64,000 bases of DNA from an uncultured Clostridia bacterium (GCA_934122085.1 CAKOVS010000002.1:112868-176867); one strand, 5' to 3'. Shown: positions 36,500 to 46,804, counted from the first letter of the stretch. Made by a program: numbers and translations. Notes: generated by a model from the letters alone, not told the origin.

Positions 36500-36700
36500 A
36501 AAAAAAAACACCCTATAGATATTTCTACCTATAGGAGTGTTTATATTACACGGTTCCATCCTATTTTTAACTTATTTTAAGATTTTAACGTATCTTATTC
36601 GTCTAACTTATTCGTTAGAAAGCTAAAGAGTTAGTTTTTCAAATACGTTTTCCACAATTAGTTCTCAGCCTGTGACTAATTTTCTCTGTTGATAACCTTT
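36500..36700 (-). promoter_or_regulatory. T-box leader (Thr), with terminator/antiterminator
   Basis: On the minus strand: stem I with AGAGA; a candidate specifier ACU followed by A (36633-36635); the T-box sequence GGATGGAACCGTG (36549-36561); and the terminator ACACTCCTATAGG...CTATAGGGTGT plus T8 (36501-36540). Confidence 0.8.
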
Positions 36701-36721
36701 ATTTTACTTTTTCTCTTAATC

Positions 36722-37075
36722 TTAAATATCACTATTCTTTTTTATTACTACAAATGAACTTATTCCTACTATTGCTAATGCTACTATTGCAACAATTGCT
36801 CCTGTATTATCTTCTATACCTGTATGTGGTAATGTTGTATTTGTTGTTTTGGTTGTCTTAGATGTTGTTGTAGTTGATTTTGTTGTTAAATCCAATGTTG
36901 TTTGAGTAGTAGCTTTAGTTGTTGGCGCTGTAGTTGTTGATGTTGTTGTTAATAGATTTCCAGGTTCAAGTATTGGAATATCGTCATCATTTTCTGCAGC
37001 ATTTGCTATATTTGACATTGTTAATGTAATTAATGTAATTCCCATAATTAATGTTAATTTAAAAAATTTTTTCAT
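36722..37075 (-). CDS. Small Thr-rich LPXTG cell-wall-anchored protein
   Basis: A signal peptide, a TTTSTTTAPTTKATTQTT low-complexity stalk, then LPHTG plus a hydrophobic segment plus KKNSD. Confidence 0.75.
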   Translation of the reverse strand: MKKFFKLTLIMGITLITLTMSNIANAAENDDDIPILEPGNLLTTTSTTTAPTTKATTQTTLDLTTKSTTTTSKTTKTTNTTLPHTGIEDNTGAIVAIVALAIVGISSFVVIKKNSDI

Positions 37076-37208
37076 ATTACTTACCTCTTCTATTTATTAT
37101 TTAATAACTCAATATTATTTATACCATATTATTTTATTTTTTTCAATACATTTTTCAAAAAAATTTTTTTAAAAAAATTTTTTCACATTTTATTCATAAT
37201 TTTGTATT

Positions 37209-37970
37209 TTAATTGCATACTAGTATATTTTGTGCTATTTTTGAAAATTCTTCTTCTTCTTTTGTTAAATTTATTTTTATATTTCCACCAATAGTATTGC
37301 ATAAATTTCTTTCTTCCAAATATCTTTTTAAATAATTAGCAGTTGTTTCACCAGTATTTATTAATTCAACATCATATTCAAGTTCATCTTTTATTATATC
37401 TTCATATATTGGAAAATGTGTACATCCTAAAATAATTTTATTTATTTTCTTTTCTTTAAAGAGTTTCATATATTTTTTAATTGCTTTTCTTCCTTCTTCG
37501 CCTGTTGCTCTTCCTTCTTCTGCAATAGTTGCAAGCATTGGACATGCTTCATTTATTACTTCAATATTTTCAATTTTTTCTTTTAATTTTTTCTCCCATG
37601 CTCCACTTTTGATTGTTCCCTCTGTTGCAATTACTCCTATCTTTTTATATTTTTGTTCTTCTATATATTCAATTGTTGGTTCAATAATTCCTATTATTGG
37701 TGTTTCATAGTTTTGCTGTAATATTTCTATTGCTTGACTTGTAGCTGTGCCACATGCGATTATTATTATTTTCACATCTTGATTTATTAAATATTTTACA
37801 TTTTCAATTGCAAATTTTATTATTTCTTCTTTGCTTTTATTTCCATATGGAAAGTTTTTAGTATCACCTAAATATATATAATTTTCTTTCGGCAATACTC
37901 TCTGAACTTCCTTGAGTACAGTTATTCCACCAACTCCTGAGTCAAATATTCCAATTGATCTACTATCCAT
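37209..37970 (-). CDS. murI: Glutamate racemase
   Basis: Shows IGIFDSGVGGITV, ACGTAT and GCTHFP (the catalytic Cys pair). Confidence 0.95.
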   Translation of the reverse strand: MDSRSIGIFDSGVGGITVLKEVQRVLPKENYIYLGDTKNFPYGNKSKEEIIKFAIENVKYLINQDVKIIIIACGTATSQAIEILQQNYETPIIGIIEPTIEYIEEQKYKKIGVIATEGTIKSGAWEKKLKEKIENIEVINEACPMLATIAEEGRATGEEGRKAIKKYMKLFKEKKINKIILGCTHFPIYEDIIKDELEYDVELINTGETTANYLKRYLEERNLCNTIGGNIKINLTKEEEEFSKIAQNILVCN

Positions 37971-38112
37971 TTTCTTTCCCCTCTAAACATTTTATAACTG
38001 TGTTATTATATAATATATTTATGTTTTTGGCTAGTTATTATTATCAATTATTTTATTTTTTCATATTATAAATTAATAGGCTTTGCCTAAATTTTATTAA
38101 AGGAGTTTATTT

Positions 38113-38568
38113 ATGGAAATAGATGAAAGAAAACCAGAGCCAATGTGCCCCATAGTTGATATTGACGGATTTATCGCTGATGGCAAACAATTTGATTTAG
38201 ATATTACTTTGGCTAATGACCATAGAGATGTTATTTATGGTATTGTTAGAGATTGCTTCAAAGAACCAGTAAGAGATGCTGTTGTAAAATTAGTTGAAAT
38301 TGAATATAAATGTGGAAAAAAAGAGTTAAAACCTGTTTCTCATACCTTTACAGATGATGACGGAGAATTTGTTTTTGGTCCTCTTTGCCCAGGCAAAAAA
38401 TATGCTGTACAAATTTGGGCAAATCAAGTAAAACACATTAAAATTTGTGCTAAATGTCATCATGAAGGAAACTGTTTAAAAGGTGTTGAATTAGATTGCG
38501 ACAAGAAAGATTTTCCACATTGTGATAGATGTTCAAAAAATGAATTAGAAGTATCTGATTCAGAATAA
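38113..38568 (+). CDS. Carboxypeptidase-regulatory-like (prealbumin-fold) domain protein with Cys/His-rich tail
   Basis: Shows GIVRD...PVRDAVVKLV...TDDDGEFVFGPLCPGKKYAV. The C-terminus CAKCHHEGNC...CD...HCDRC. RBS AAAGGAG. Confidence 0.45.
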   Translation: MEIDERKPEPMCPIVDIDGFIADGKQFDLDITLANDHRDVIYGIVRDCFKEPVRDAVVKLVEIEYKCGKKELKPVSHTFTDDDGEFVFGPLCPGKKYAVQIWANQVKHIKICAKCHHEGNCLKGVELDCDKKDFPHCDRCSKNELEVSDSE

Positions 38569-38649
38569 TTTTTTGGAGGTTACATTTTTGTAGCCTCTTC
38601 TTGTTTATTTTAATAAATTTTGTACATAATTATTCTACGGAGGTTAGTT

Positions 38650-39771
38650 ATGAAAAAAAGTTCTCATTTATTTAGAAATATTCTATTCTTTTTAATTTTA
38701 TCAAGTATTTTATTAATTTTTGCATATTATTTATATATTACATATAGTAATATTGAAATTACTCCAGAATATGATATATCAAAAGTCAGTACTTCTGATA
38801 ATACATCTTTTTCATCAGCTGATATTTCAGATATTTCAAATATGTTAGAAGATGTATCTTCATGTGTAGTTGGAATTTCAAAAATAAAATCACATTCTAA
38901 TTCTATTTTTTCAGCAAATTCTTTAAATGATTTAGGAATTGGTACTGGAATAATTGTTTCAAATAATGGATATATTTTAAGTAATTGTCATGTTACTGGC
39001 GAAAAACTTAGTACATGCTATGTTACATTAGAAAACGGATATACCTATGATGCAACTGTTTTATGGTGTAATTCTGAATTAGATTTATCAGTTTCAAAAA
39101 TTAATGCTTCTAACTTAAACTTTGTTAAATTCGGAGACTCGTCTAAAGTAAAATCTGGTGAAACTGTTTATGCAATTGGCAACCCAATAGGATATGAATT
39201 TAGAAGAACCATAACATCTGGCATCATTAGTGCTACAAATAGAACTATAAAAATTGAAGAAAACAATTCTGTTTCATATATGACTGATTTGATTCAAACA
39301 GATGCTTCTATCAATCCCGGAAATAGTGGTGGTCCATTACTTTTATCTACTGGTGAAGTAATTGGAATAAATAGTGTGAAAATTACATCTGCTGAGGGAA
39401 TTGGCTTTGCTGTTCCTATAAATGTTGTTAAACCTGTAATTGAAAAATTTATTTCAGACAATTCGTTTGATGAATCATATCTAGGAATTTATGCTTATGA
39501 TAAAGAAATCATTCCATATGTTTCTTCTACAAATGTTCCAAATGGAATTTATATTGCACATATAAATGAAGATAGTCCTGCATATTCTAGTGGGCTTAAG
39601 GTTGGAGATATTATTACCTCTATAGATGATAAAATTTTTAATAATATGATAGATTTAAGAGAATATATTTTTCAAAAATCCCCTGGTGATACTATTTTAA
39701 TTAATATTAGCAGAGGATATATAACAAAAAGTTTTAATGTTACTTTAAGCTCGACAAATAAGAAAAATTGA
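38650..39771 (+). CDS. htrA: HtrA/DegP-family serine protease with PDZ domain
   Basis: Start at the ATG at 38650, with GGAGG 7 nt upstream. Catalytic triad context (SNCHV, LDLSV, GNSGGPL) and a C-terminal PDZ domain (GLKVGDIITSIDD). Confidence 0.9.
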   Translation: MKKSSHLFRNILFFLILSSILLIFAYYLYITYSNIEITPEYDISKVSTSDNTSFSSADISDISNMLEDVSSCVVGISKIKSHSNSIFSANSLNDLGIGTGIIVSNNGYILSNCHVTGEKLSTCYVTLENGYTYDATVLWCNSELDLSVSKINASNLNFVKFGDSSKVKSGETVYAIGNPIGYEFRRTITSGIISATNRTIKIEENNSVSYMTDLIQTDASINPGNSGGPLLLSTGEVIGINSVKITSAEGIGFAVPINVVKPVIEKFISDNSFDESYLGIYAYDKEIIPYVSSTNVPNGIYIAHINEDSPAYSSGLKVGDIITSIDDKIFNNMIDLREYIFQKSPGDTILINISRGYITKSFNVTLSSTNKKN

Positions 39772-39773
39772 AA

Positions 39774-39897
39774 ATTTTTCTTTGGTTTGTTCTCATCCGA
39801 TTTGAATTTCTGAGCGAAACGATGAAATCTCAAATGGCTAGCAATTGTAACTTTTTATATAGTAGGAAAGTATAACCTTCCTACTATATAAAAAAAA
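39774..39897 (+). repeat. Intergenic repeat family, full-length copy that starts 3 nt after the htrA stop
   Basis: Reads TTTTTCTTTGGTTTGTTCTCATCCGATTTGAATTTCTGAGCGAAACGATGAAATCTCAAATGGCTAGCAATTGTAAC, followed by TATATAGTAGGAAAGT-ATAA-CCTTCCTACTATATA and A8. Confidence 0.75.
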
Positions 39898-39938
39898 TAA
39901 TAGAGCCTGAATCTTTTACAAATTTGGCTCTATTTCAT

Positions 39939-41057
39939 TTAATTTATAGCAACTCCATTTACATATAATTTATATCCATTAAAATCAATATTACTATATG
40001 TTGTGTCATAATCTTCTAATGATGTAACATAAGAATCTCCTGTTAATTTTATTTTTGATGTTGAGTCTAATTTTAATGTTATACTTTTTGCTTCATTACT
40101 TCCATTTATTGTTCCTTCATAATAAGAGCTTTCACTCATTGTCATATCTAATGTTGATATTGAGTCAATTACAATGTTTCCTTCTGCATTTTGTTGTGTC
40201 ATTATTAATGTTACATTTCCTCCGTTAGATCCTGTGTTTCCCCATGAGTCTTTTTGTGCTCTTAAAAAGTTTCCTGTGCTATCATTATTTACAATTGTGT
40301 TTATTGTTAAATTTGATGCATTTGTTGTTCCTCCACCTGTTGTCATTATTCCTCCTGCATTGTCTCCTGTTGTTGTGATTGTTGAGTCACTTATTGTTAT
40401 TGTTGTTCCATCACTTGATGAATTATTTGTTGTTGCAAACCCTCCATAACTAAATACTCCATTTGCCCCATCTGCTTCTGTTGTTATTGTTGTATTTTTT
40501 ATTGTTAAGTTTGCTCCATTTTTTGCTAATATTGCTGAATTATTTCCATAAAAATTACTACTATCTCCTCCGTCTGAATCTCCTGTTTTGTCTACTGTTA
40601 TGTTTGATAAGTTTACATCTACATCTCCTGTTGTAATGATTGCATTTTCATTTGATGTTGTTGATGAATATTCTCCACTTTCTATTGTAGAGTCTTCTGA
40701 AATTTCTTTATTAGCTGTATATGTTATATTACTGGCTGTTTCTCCCTGACCTCCTGGCATTTGCATATTATTTTGTATTTGATTTTGTTGTGATCCTGTT
40801 GAATTGTTTCCATTTGAATCGTTTGGTTTTGCTGGTGGTTCTGTTGAATTACTTCCATTTGATTCATCTGGCTTACTTGGTGGTGTTCCAATTTGTCCAT
40901 TACTATTATTTTCTCCACTTGAATTTAACATTTGAGGTGGATTTCCTTGATTTGTTCCTTCTCCACTTTCTTTAGCAAGCTTTATAGTAAATCCACTTGC
41001 AATACATACTATAATTATAATTGTTATCATAATTATATTTTTTACTTTTCTACTCAT
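39939..41057 (-). CDS. Secreted beta-helix protein (Cthe_2159-like carbohydrate-binding family), with a Pro/Asn/Ser-rich linker
   Basis: An N-terminal anchor or signal, then the tandem PPSKPDESNGSNSTEPPAKPNDSNGNNST. Repetitive motifs follow: NITVDKTGDS...NSAILAKNGANLTIKNTTITT...GVFSYG...TITISDSTITTTGDNAGGIMTTGGGT. The family is recalled from memory. Confidence 0.5.
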   Translation of the reverse strand: MSRKVKNIIMITIIIIVCIASGFTIKLAKESGEGTNQGNPPQMLNSSGENNSNGQIGTPPSKPDESNGSNSTEPPAKPNDSNGNNSTGSQQNQIQNNMQMPGGQGETASNITYTANKEISEDSTIESGEYSSTTSNENAIITTGDVDVNLSNITVDKTGDSDGGDSSNFYGNNSAILAKNGANLTIKNTTITTEADGANGVFSYGGFATTNNSSSDGTTITISDSTITTTGDNAGGIMTTGGGTTNASNLTINTIVNNDSTGNFLRAQKDSWGNTGSNGGNVTLIMTQQNAEGNIVIDSISTLDMTMSESSYYEGTINGSNEAKSITLKLDSTSKIKLTGDSYVTSLEDYDTTYSNIDFNGYKLYVNGVAIN

Positions 41058-41220
41058 ATTGTTATCCTCCTAATATTATTTGAAAGTCTTATTTCTTACT
41101 TTCTAAATGTATTTTAGTTTTAAAAGATTAAATAAATATTAAATATAAAAATTTTTTTATAAAATTATTTTCATTTTTAGTCATTGTGTTATAATAAATT
41201 CGTCCAAAGGAGTGATATAA

Positions 41221-43854
41221 ATGATTCGTTTATTTTTTATAAAAAATAAATTTAAAAATCAAAAATTAGTTAATAATGATAAGAAAATTCTTGAAAAATA
41301 TACAAATATAGCTCAAAAGTCAAAAGATGAAATACTTAATGAATTTAATTCTGATATTGAAAAAGGTCTATCTTCAAAAATAATTGAAGAAAAACATAAA
41401 AATGATGAAAAAAATATTGTAGTAAAAGAAGAAAAACATTCATGGTTTTATTTTTTTATAAATTCATTTAAAGATAAATTTATTTTTATTCTTATAGTTT
41501 TAGCAATTATAAATAAATTTGTTGGTGATGATACTCTTGGAACTATAATTATTTTAGCTATTGGTTTGGCAAGTGCTTTGATAAGATTTTTCCAAGACTA
41601 TTCTACTTATAAGTTTAATCAGTCTTTAAAGAGTAAACTTTTTTCTACTGCAACTGTTATAAGAAATGGTAAAGAAAAAAATATAAAAACAGAAGATATT
41701 GTATTAGGTGATATTGTTCATTTAAATGCTGGCTCAATAATTCCTGCAGATGTTATGATTTTAGAAAGTAAGGATTTATTTTTAAATCAATCTGTTTTTA
41801 CTGGTGAGAGTGCTCCTATTGAAAAAAAGGATTCTTATATACCATCAAATGAAATTTTTTCACTATCTAATATTTGCTTGATGGGTACAAGTGTTATAAG
41901 TGGTAATGCTACTGGTATTGTTATCAGCACAGGATTTTCAACATATTTAGGAAATATGGGTAAACAAATTGATAATAAAAAAGAAATTACAAATTTTGAA
42001 AAAGGTATGAATAATATAACAAAACTTCTTATTAAATATATGCTTGTTGTTTCTATTGCAGTATTTATTATATATGCACTTATTCGTAAAGATGTATTAG
42101 AGGCAATTCTATTTGCATTATCTGTTGCTGTTGGAATCACTCCAACAATGCTCCCTATGATTGTTAATGTTAATTTAACAAAAGGCACTAAAACATTGGC
42201 TAAAAAGAAAACTCTTGTAAAAAACATTCAATCAATTCAAAATTTAGGTGCAATTGATGTCTTGTGTACAGATAAAACAGGAACTTTAACATTAGATAAG
42301 ATTGTTTTACAAAAGTATATTAATGTTGAAGGTAAAGAAGATTTATCAATTCTTGAATATGCTTATTTAAATAGTTATTATGGAACTGGAATGAAAAACT
42401 TAGTTGATAAAGCTGTTATTACATTTGGAAATGAGCATAATATTAAAGAAAAAATTGTTGATTATGAAAAAGTTGACGAAATTCCATTTGATTATACAAG
42501 AAAAATAATGAGTGTTGTTGTAAAACATGATGATCATTATAGAATTATTACAAAAGGGGCTTTGGAAGAAATATTAAAAAGATGTACTACTGTAAAGATA
42601 AATGGTGAACACAAAGATTTAACTCAAGATATGATTGCAAATATAAATAGTAATGCAAAAGATTTAGCTTTACAGGGAATGCAAGTTATTGCATTAGCTT
42701 CAAAAAGAGAATATTCTGGTAAAGATATATTTAATTCTTCTGATGAATCTGAAATGGTGTTTATCGGATTTGTTGCATTTCTTGATCCACCAAAAAAAGA
42801 TGTAAAAACTACAATTAAAAATTTAAAAGAATATGGTGTTACTACAAAAATATTAACTGGTGATAATCAATATGCTACTGAAAATGTTTCAAGATTAGTT
42901 GGAATTCCAAATGATAAAATTTTAACTGGTTCTGATATTGATAAGATGTCTGATGATGAACTTTCAAAACAAGTTGAAGATGTTGATATATTTGCAAGAA
43001 TGAATCCTTTACAAAAAGAAAGAATTATTACTATATTAAAGAAGAATAGTCATGTTGTTGGATATATGGGAGATGGTGTAAATGATGCTCCATCTCTTCA
43101 TAATGCTGATGTTGGTATTTGTGTAAATACTGCAACAGATATTGCAAAAGAAGCTAGTGATATAATTTTATTGGAGAAAAATTTAAAAGTTGTTTTTAAT
43201 GGTGTTGTTGAAGGAAGAAAAGTATATGGAAATATTATAAAATATATGAAAATGGCTTTAAGTTCAGATTTTGGTGATGTTTTTAGTATTTTTATTGCAA
43301 GTATATTCTTACCATTTTTACCATTACTACCTATTCAAATGCTTTTACAGGATTTTTTATATGATTTTTCTCAAATAGCTATTCCTTATGATAATGTTGA
43401 TAAAGAGTTTTTATTAAAGCCTAGAAAATGGAATACAAAAGGATTAGGAACTTTTATGAATGTTATGGGACCTATTAGTTCAATAATTGATGTTTTAGCA
43501 TTCTTGGCATTCTGGTTTATTTTAGGATATAACAATATTGCTAGTGAATCATATTTTCAAACAGCTTGGTTTGTTGAATGTTTAATTAGTGAAACTTTAA
43601 TAATCCATTTTGTGCGTACATCAAAAATTCCTTTTGTACAATCAAAAGCAAATCCTATCTTAACTGCTCTTACTATGGTTACAATAATTGGTACTATAAT
43701 TACTCCAATATTATTCCATAATATTTCATCATTCCATTTTGAAATATTACCACCTTTATATTACTTAATTGTTATTGGATTGACTGCTTTATATGTTATT
43801 CTTGTTCAAATTGTAAAAAAGATTTATATTAAAAAAGTTGGAGAATGGTTATAA
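41221..43854 (+). CDS. mgtA: Magnesium-translocating P-type ATPase
   Basis: DKTGTLT, TGDN and GDGVNDAPSL are P-type motifs. Length, the N-terminal cytoplasmic domain and the 10-TM layout fit the MgtA/MgtB type. Confidence 0.9.
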   Translation: MIRLFFIKNKFKNQKLVNNDKKILEKYTNIAQKSKDEILNEFNSDIEKGLSSKIIEEKHKNDEKNIVVKEEKHSWFYFFINSFKDKFIFILIVLAIINKFVGDDTLGTIIILAIGLASALIRFFQDYSTYKFNQSLKSKLFSTATVIRNGKEKNIKTEDIVLGDIVHLNAGSIIPADVMILESKDLFLNQSVFTGESAPIEKKDSYIPSNEIFSLSNICLMGTSVISGNATGIVISTGFSTYLGNMGKQIDNKKEITNFEKGMNNITKLLIKYMLVVSIAVFIIYALIRKDVLEAILFALSVAVGITPTMLPMIVNVNLTKGTKTLAKKKTLVKNIQSIQNLGAIDVLCTDKTGTLTLDKIVLQKYINVEGKEDLSILEYAYLNSYYGTGMKNLVDKAVITFGNEHNIKEKIVDYEKVDEIPFDYTRKIMSVVVKHDDHYRIITKGALEEILKRCTTVKINGEHKDLTQDMIANINSNAKDLALQGMQVIALASKREYSGKDIFNSSDESEMVFIGFVAFLDPPKKDVKTTIKNLKEYGVTTKILTGDNQYATENVSRLVGIPNDKILTGSDIDKMSDDELSKQVEDVDIFARMNPLQKERIITILKKNSHVVGYMGDGVNDAPSLHNADVGICVNTATDIAKEASDIILLEKNLKVVFNGVVEGRKVYGNIIKYMKMALSSDFGDVFSIFIASIFLPFLPLLPIQMLLQDFLYDFSQIAIPYDNVDKEFLLKPRKWNTKGLGTFMNVMGPISSIIDVLAFLAFWFILGYNNIASESYFQTAWFVECLISETLIIHFVRTSKIPFVQSKANPILTALTMVTIIGTIITPILFHNISSFHFEILPPLYYLIVIGLTALYVILVQIVKKIYIKKVGEWL

Positions 43855-43860
43855 TAGAAG

Positions 43861-43897
43861 AAACAAGGAATATTAAATTATTCCTTGTTTTTTTTGA
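43861..43897 (+). terminator. Intrinsic terminator of mgtA
   Basis: AAACAAGGAATA-TTAAA-TTATTCCTTGTTT followed by a T-run. Confidence 0.8.
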
Positions 43898-43944
43898 AAT
43901 TTTTTAACCAAGTTTTTATTTTTTGTCATTTTTTCATAATACTT

Positions 43945-44403
43945 TTATAATTTAAACACAACCTTAAAAGTAGTATATCCGCCTTCACAATCAACAGAAA
44001 TCTTACCATTATGATTTACAACTATATTCTTAGCAATAGCAAGACCTAAACCATATCTATTACTCTCCCTATTTCTAGACTCATCTGCTCTATAAAATCT
44101 CTCAAAAATCTTATCTCTAATCTCTTTAGGAATTTCTTTTCCTTTATTAGAAACACTCAAAACAATATCATTCTTTTGTTTTCCAAGAAATACGTTTATC
44201 TCTCCATTTTCTTCACTATGTTTTATTGCATTATCTAATAGTATTGCAATAAGCTGTTTTATTTGAACACTGTTACATTTTAATTTCAAATCCTTTTGTA
44301 TGTTATATTCAAACTTAATTTTGTTTTCAAACATCAAACTCTCAAAAGTTAGTACAGATATTTCAGCAATTTTTGATAAATCTTCAACTATTAATATTCT
44401 CAT
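43945..44403 (-). pseudogene. Deletion-fusion remnant of a two-component system (first 7 codons of a response regulator joined to the HATPase_c part of a histidine kinase)
   Basis: MRILIVE (a typical OmpR-family RR start, with RBS AAGGTGA) runs directly into DLSKIAEISVLTFESLMFENKIKFEYNI...LLDNAIKHS...GLGLAIAKNIV. Those are the N, G1 and G2 boxes; there are no sensor, HAMP or H-box regions. Confidence 0.6.
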
Positions 44404-44571
44404 ATAAATCACCTTATATATATTACTTTTTATTCATTAAATGAATATTAAATTTATACAAAAATTTTACTACATTTTAGATATTTTTTCAAATTGAATT
44501 TTCTATATCTCTTGATTTTTGCAAACTTTGAGGATATAATTTGTAAAGGTAAATTTAGAAAGGACAAGACT

Positions 44572-46758
44572 ATGGATAAAATTATAAATAAAATAGCAGA
44601 AGAATTAAATGTAAAAAATACACAAGTAGAAAATGCTGTAAAATTAATTGATGAAGGAAATACAATTCCATTTATCGCACGTTACAGAAAAGAAGCTACA
44701 GGTGGGTTAAGTGATGAAATTTTAAGAGATTTAGGTGAAAGACTTACATATCTTAGAAACTTAGAAACAAGAAAAGGTGAAATTATAAAATCAATTGATG
44801 AACAAGGAAAATTGACTGATGAATTAACTATTGCAATTGCATCAGCTGAAACACTTGCAGAAGTTGAAGATTTATACAGACCATTTAAACAAAAGAAAAA
44901 GACAAGAGCTACTGTTGCAAAAGCTAAAGGATTAGAACCATTAGCAGATATTATTATTGCACAAGAAGAGAAAAAAGATATTAATGAAATTGCTCAAGAA
45001 TTTGTAAATATTGATAATTTATCTGATGAAGACAAAAATAATAAAGATAAAGTTGTTGCAACAGCTGAAGAAGCAATTCAAGGTGCTTTAGATATTATCG
45101 CTGAAAATATTTCTGATAACGCAAAATATAGAAAATATATCAAAAAAATATGTTATCGTGAAGGTACTATTGTAACAAAATCCGCAAAACCTGATGAAAA
45201 ATCTAATTATGAAATGTATTATGAATTTGCCGAATTAGTACATAAACTTCCAAGTCATAGAATTTTAGCTATTAATAGAGGTGAAGCTGAAGATTTCCTA
45301 AAAGTATCTATTGAAAAACCTACAGATAAAATTTTATATTATATTCAAAAAGATATAATAAAAGGAAAAACTCAATTTACAGAAATGCTTACAAATACAA
45401 TTGAAGATGCTTTTACAAGATTAATTGAACCATCTATTGATAGAGAAATTCGTTCAGATTTAACTGAAAAAGCTGAAGAAAAAGCAATTAAAGTATTTGG
45501 TCAAAATGCTAAACAATTATTATTAGGTGCTCCTATAAAAGGTAAAACTGTTATGGGATTTGACCCTGCTTATAGAACTGGTTGTAAAATAGCTGTAATT
45601 GATGAAACAGGAAAAGTTTTAGATATAGCTACAGTATATCCTACAGCACCACAAAATGATGTTGAAGGTGCAAAGAAAACTTTATTAGATTTAATAAATA
45701 AAGACCATGTTGATATGATTGCAATTGGAAATGGTACTGCATCTCGTGAATCTGAAATGTTTGTTTCAGATATGATTAAAGAAGTAAAACATGATATTTG
45801 TTATGTAATTGTTAGTGAAGCTGGTGCATCTGTATATTCTGCCTCAAAACTTGCAACAGAAGAATATCCTGATATAAATGTATCAATAAGAGGTGCTATT
45901 TCAATAGCTCGTAGATTACAAGATCCTCTTGCTGAACTAGTAAAAATCGACCCAAAAGCAATTGGTGTTGGTCAATATCAACATGATGTAAATCAAAAGA
46001 AATTATCAGAAAGCTTAACAGGTGTTGTAGAAGATAGTGTAAACAAAGTTGGTGTTGATGTAAATACTGCAACTCCTTCTCTACTTTCATATGTTTCTGG
46101 TATTAATAATACAATTGCAAAAAATATTGTAAAATATAGAGATGAAAATGGTAAATTAAAAGAAAGAAAAGAATTATTAAAAGTTCCAAAGCTTGGAAAA
46201 GTTGCTTATGAACAATGTGCCGGATTTATTAGAATTCCTGATGGAAAAAATCCATTAGAAAATACAGCTGTTCACCCAGAAAGTTATGAACAAACTGAAA
46301 AATTATTAGAATTATTAGGATTTAAAATTGAAGATTTAAAAAATAAAGAAAATTTGAATTCTTTAAGAGAAAAATTAAAATCAGTAAATATTGAGGAAAC
46401 TGCAAAAACACTTGATATTGGTGAAATGACATTAGCTGATATAATATCAGAATTATCAAAGCCTGGTCGTGACCCAAGAGAAGATATGCCAAAACCTGTT
46501 CTTCGTAGTGATGTTTTAAAATTTGAAGATTTAACTGAAGGAATGGTACTTACAGGTACTGTTCGTAACGTTATTGATTTTGGTGCATTTGTTGACATTG
46601 GTGTAAAATATGATGGACTTGTTCATATTTCCGAAATGAGTGATTCATATGTTAAATCACCTTCAGAAGTTGTTTCTGTTGGAGATATTGTAAAAGTTAA
46701 AGTTATAAAAATTGATCAAGAACGTAAAAAAGTTGGTCTTTCTATGAAAATATCATAA
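44572..46758 (+). CDS. tex: Tex-family transcription accessory protein (S1 domain C-terminal)
   Basis: Shows VENAVKLIDEGNTIPFIARYRKE, a YqgF-like core, HhH, and a C-terminal S1 domain (GMVLTGTVRNVIDFGAFVDIG). The start is taken at the ATG at 44572. Confidence 0.9.
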   Translation: MDKIINKIAEELNVKNTQVENAVKLIDEGNTIPFIARYRKEATGGLSDEILRDLGERLTYLRNLETRKGEIIKSIDEQGKLTDELTIAIASAETLAEVEDLYRPFKQKKKTRATVAKAKGLEPLADIIIAQEEKKDINEIAQEFVNIDNLSDEDKNNKDKVVATAEEAIQGALDIIAENISDNAKYRKYIKKICYREGTIVTKSAKPDEKSNYEMYYEFAELVHKLPSHRILAINRGEAEDFLKVSIEKPTDKILYYIQKDIIKGKTQFTEMLTNTIEDAFTRLIEPSIDREIRSDLTEKAEEKAIKVFGQNAKQLLLGAPIKGKTVMGFDPAYRTGCKIAVIDETGKVLDIATVYPTAPQNDVEGAKKTLLDLINKDHVDMIAIGNGTASRESEMFVSDMIKEVKHDICYVIVSEAGASVYSASKLATEEYPDINVSIRGAISIARRLQDPLAELVKIDPKAIGVGQYQHDVNQKKLSESLTGVVEDSVNKVGVDVNTATPSLLSYVSGINNTIAKNIVKYRDENGKLKERKELLKVPKLGKVAYEQCAGFIRIPDGKNPLENTAVHPESYEQTEKLLELLGFKIEDLKNKENLNSLREKLKSVNIEETAKTLDIGEMTLADIISELSKPGRDPREDMPKPVLRSDVLKFEDLTEGMVLTGTVRNVIDFGAFVDIGVKYDGLVHISEMSDSYVKSPSEVVSVGDIVKVKVIKIDQERKKVGLSMKIS

Positions 46759-46766
46759 AAATATAT

Positions 46767-46801
46767 AAAACTGGACTTAGAAAAATCTAAATCCAGTTTT
46801 T
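46767..46801. terminator. Bidirectional terminator between the convergent tex and HD-GYP regulator genes
   Basis: AAAACTGGACTTAG-AAAAAT-CTAAATCCAGTTTT. Confidence 0.75.
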
Positions 46802-46804
46802 ATC

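Noticed and set aside
37971-38112. Sigma-K-type promoter (CATATTATA) upstream of the Cys-rich 38113 gene
   Set aside because: A CATAnnnTA-like -10 is present, but there is no convincing AC -35 element at the right spacing. Such A/T strings are frequent in this genome.
24833-39897. The dispersed repeats as a CRISPR array
   Set aside because: The copies are kilobases apart, 90-125 nt long and internally structured. There are no regularly spaced short repeats and no cas genes.
40724-40918. Alternative-frame minus-strand ORF 40724-40918 inside the 39939-41057 gene
   Set aside because: It overlaps the repetitive Pro/Asn/Ser linker of the longer ORF in another frame and has no independent RBS. 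It is an artefact of low-complexity sequence.
41058-41220. M-box (Mg2+) riboswitch upstream of mgtA
   Set aside because: The leader is only about 160 nt. It is almost pure A/T, with a promoter (TGTTATAAT) about 30 nt from the start codon. There is no room for, or sequence resembling, the ~170-nt M-box.
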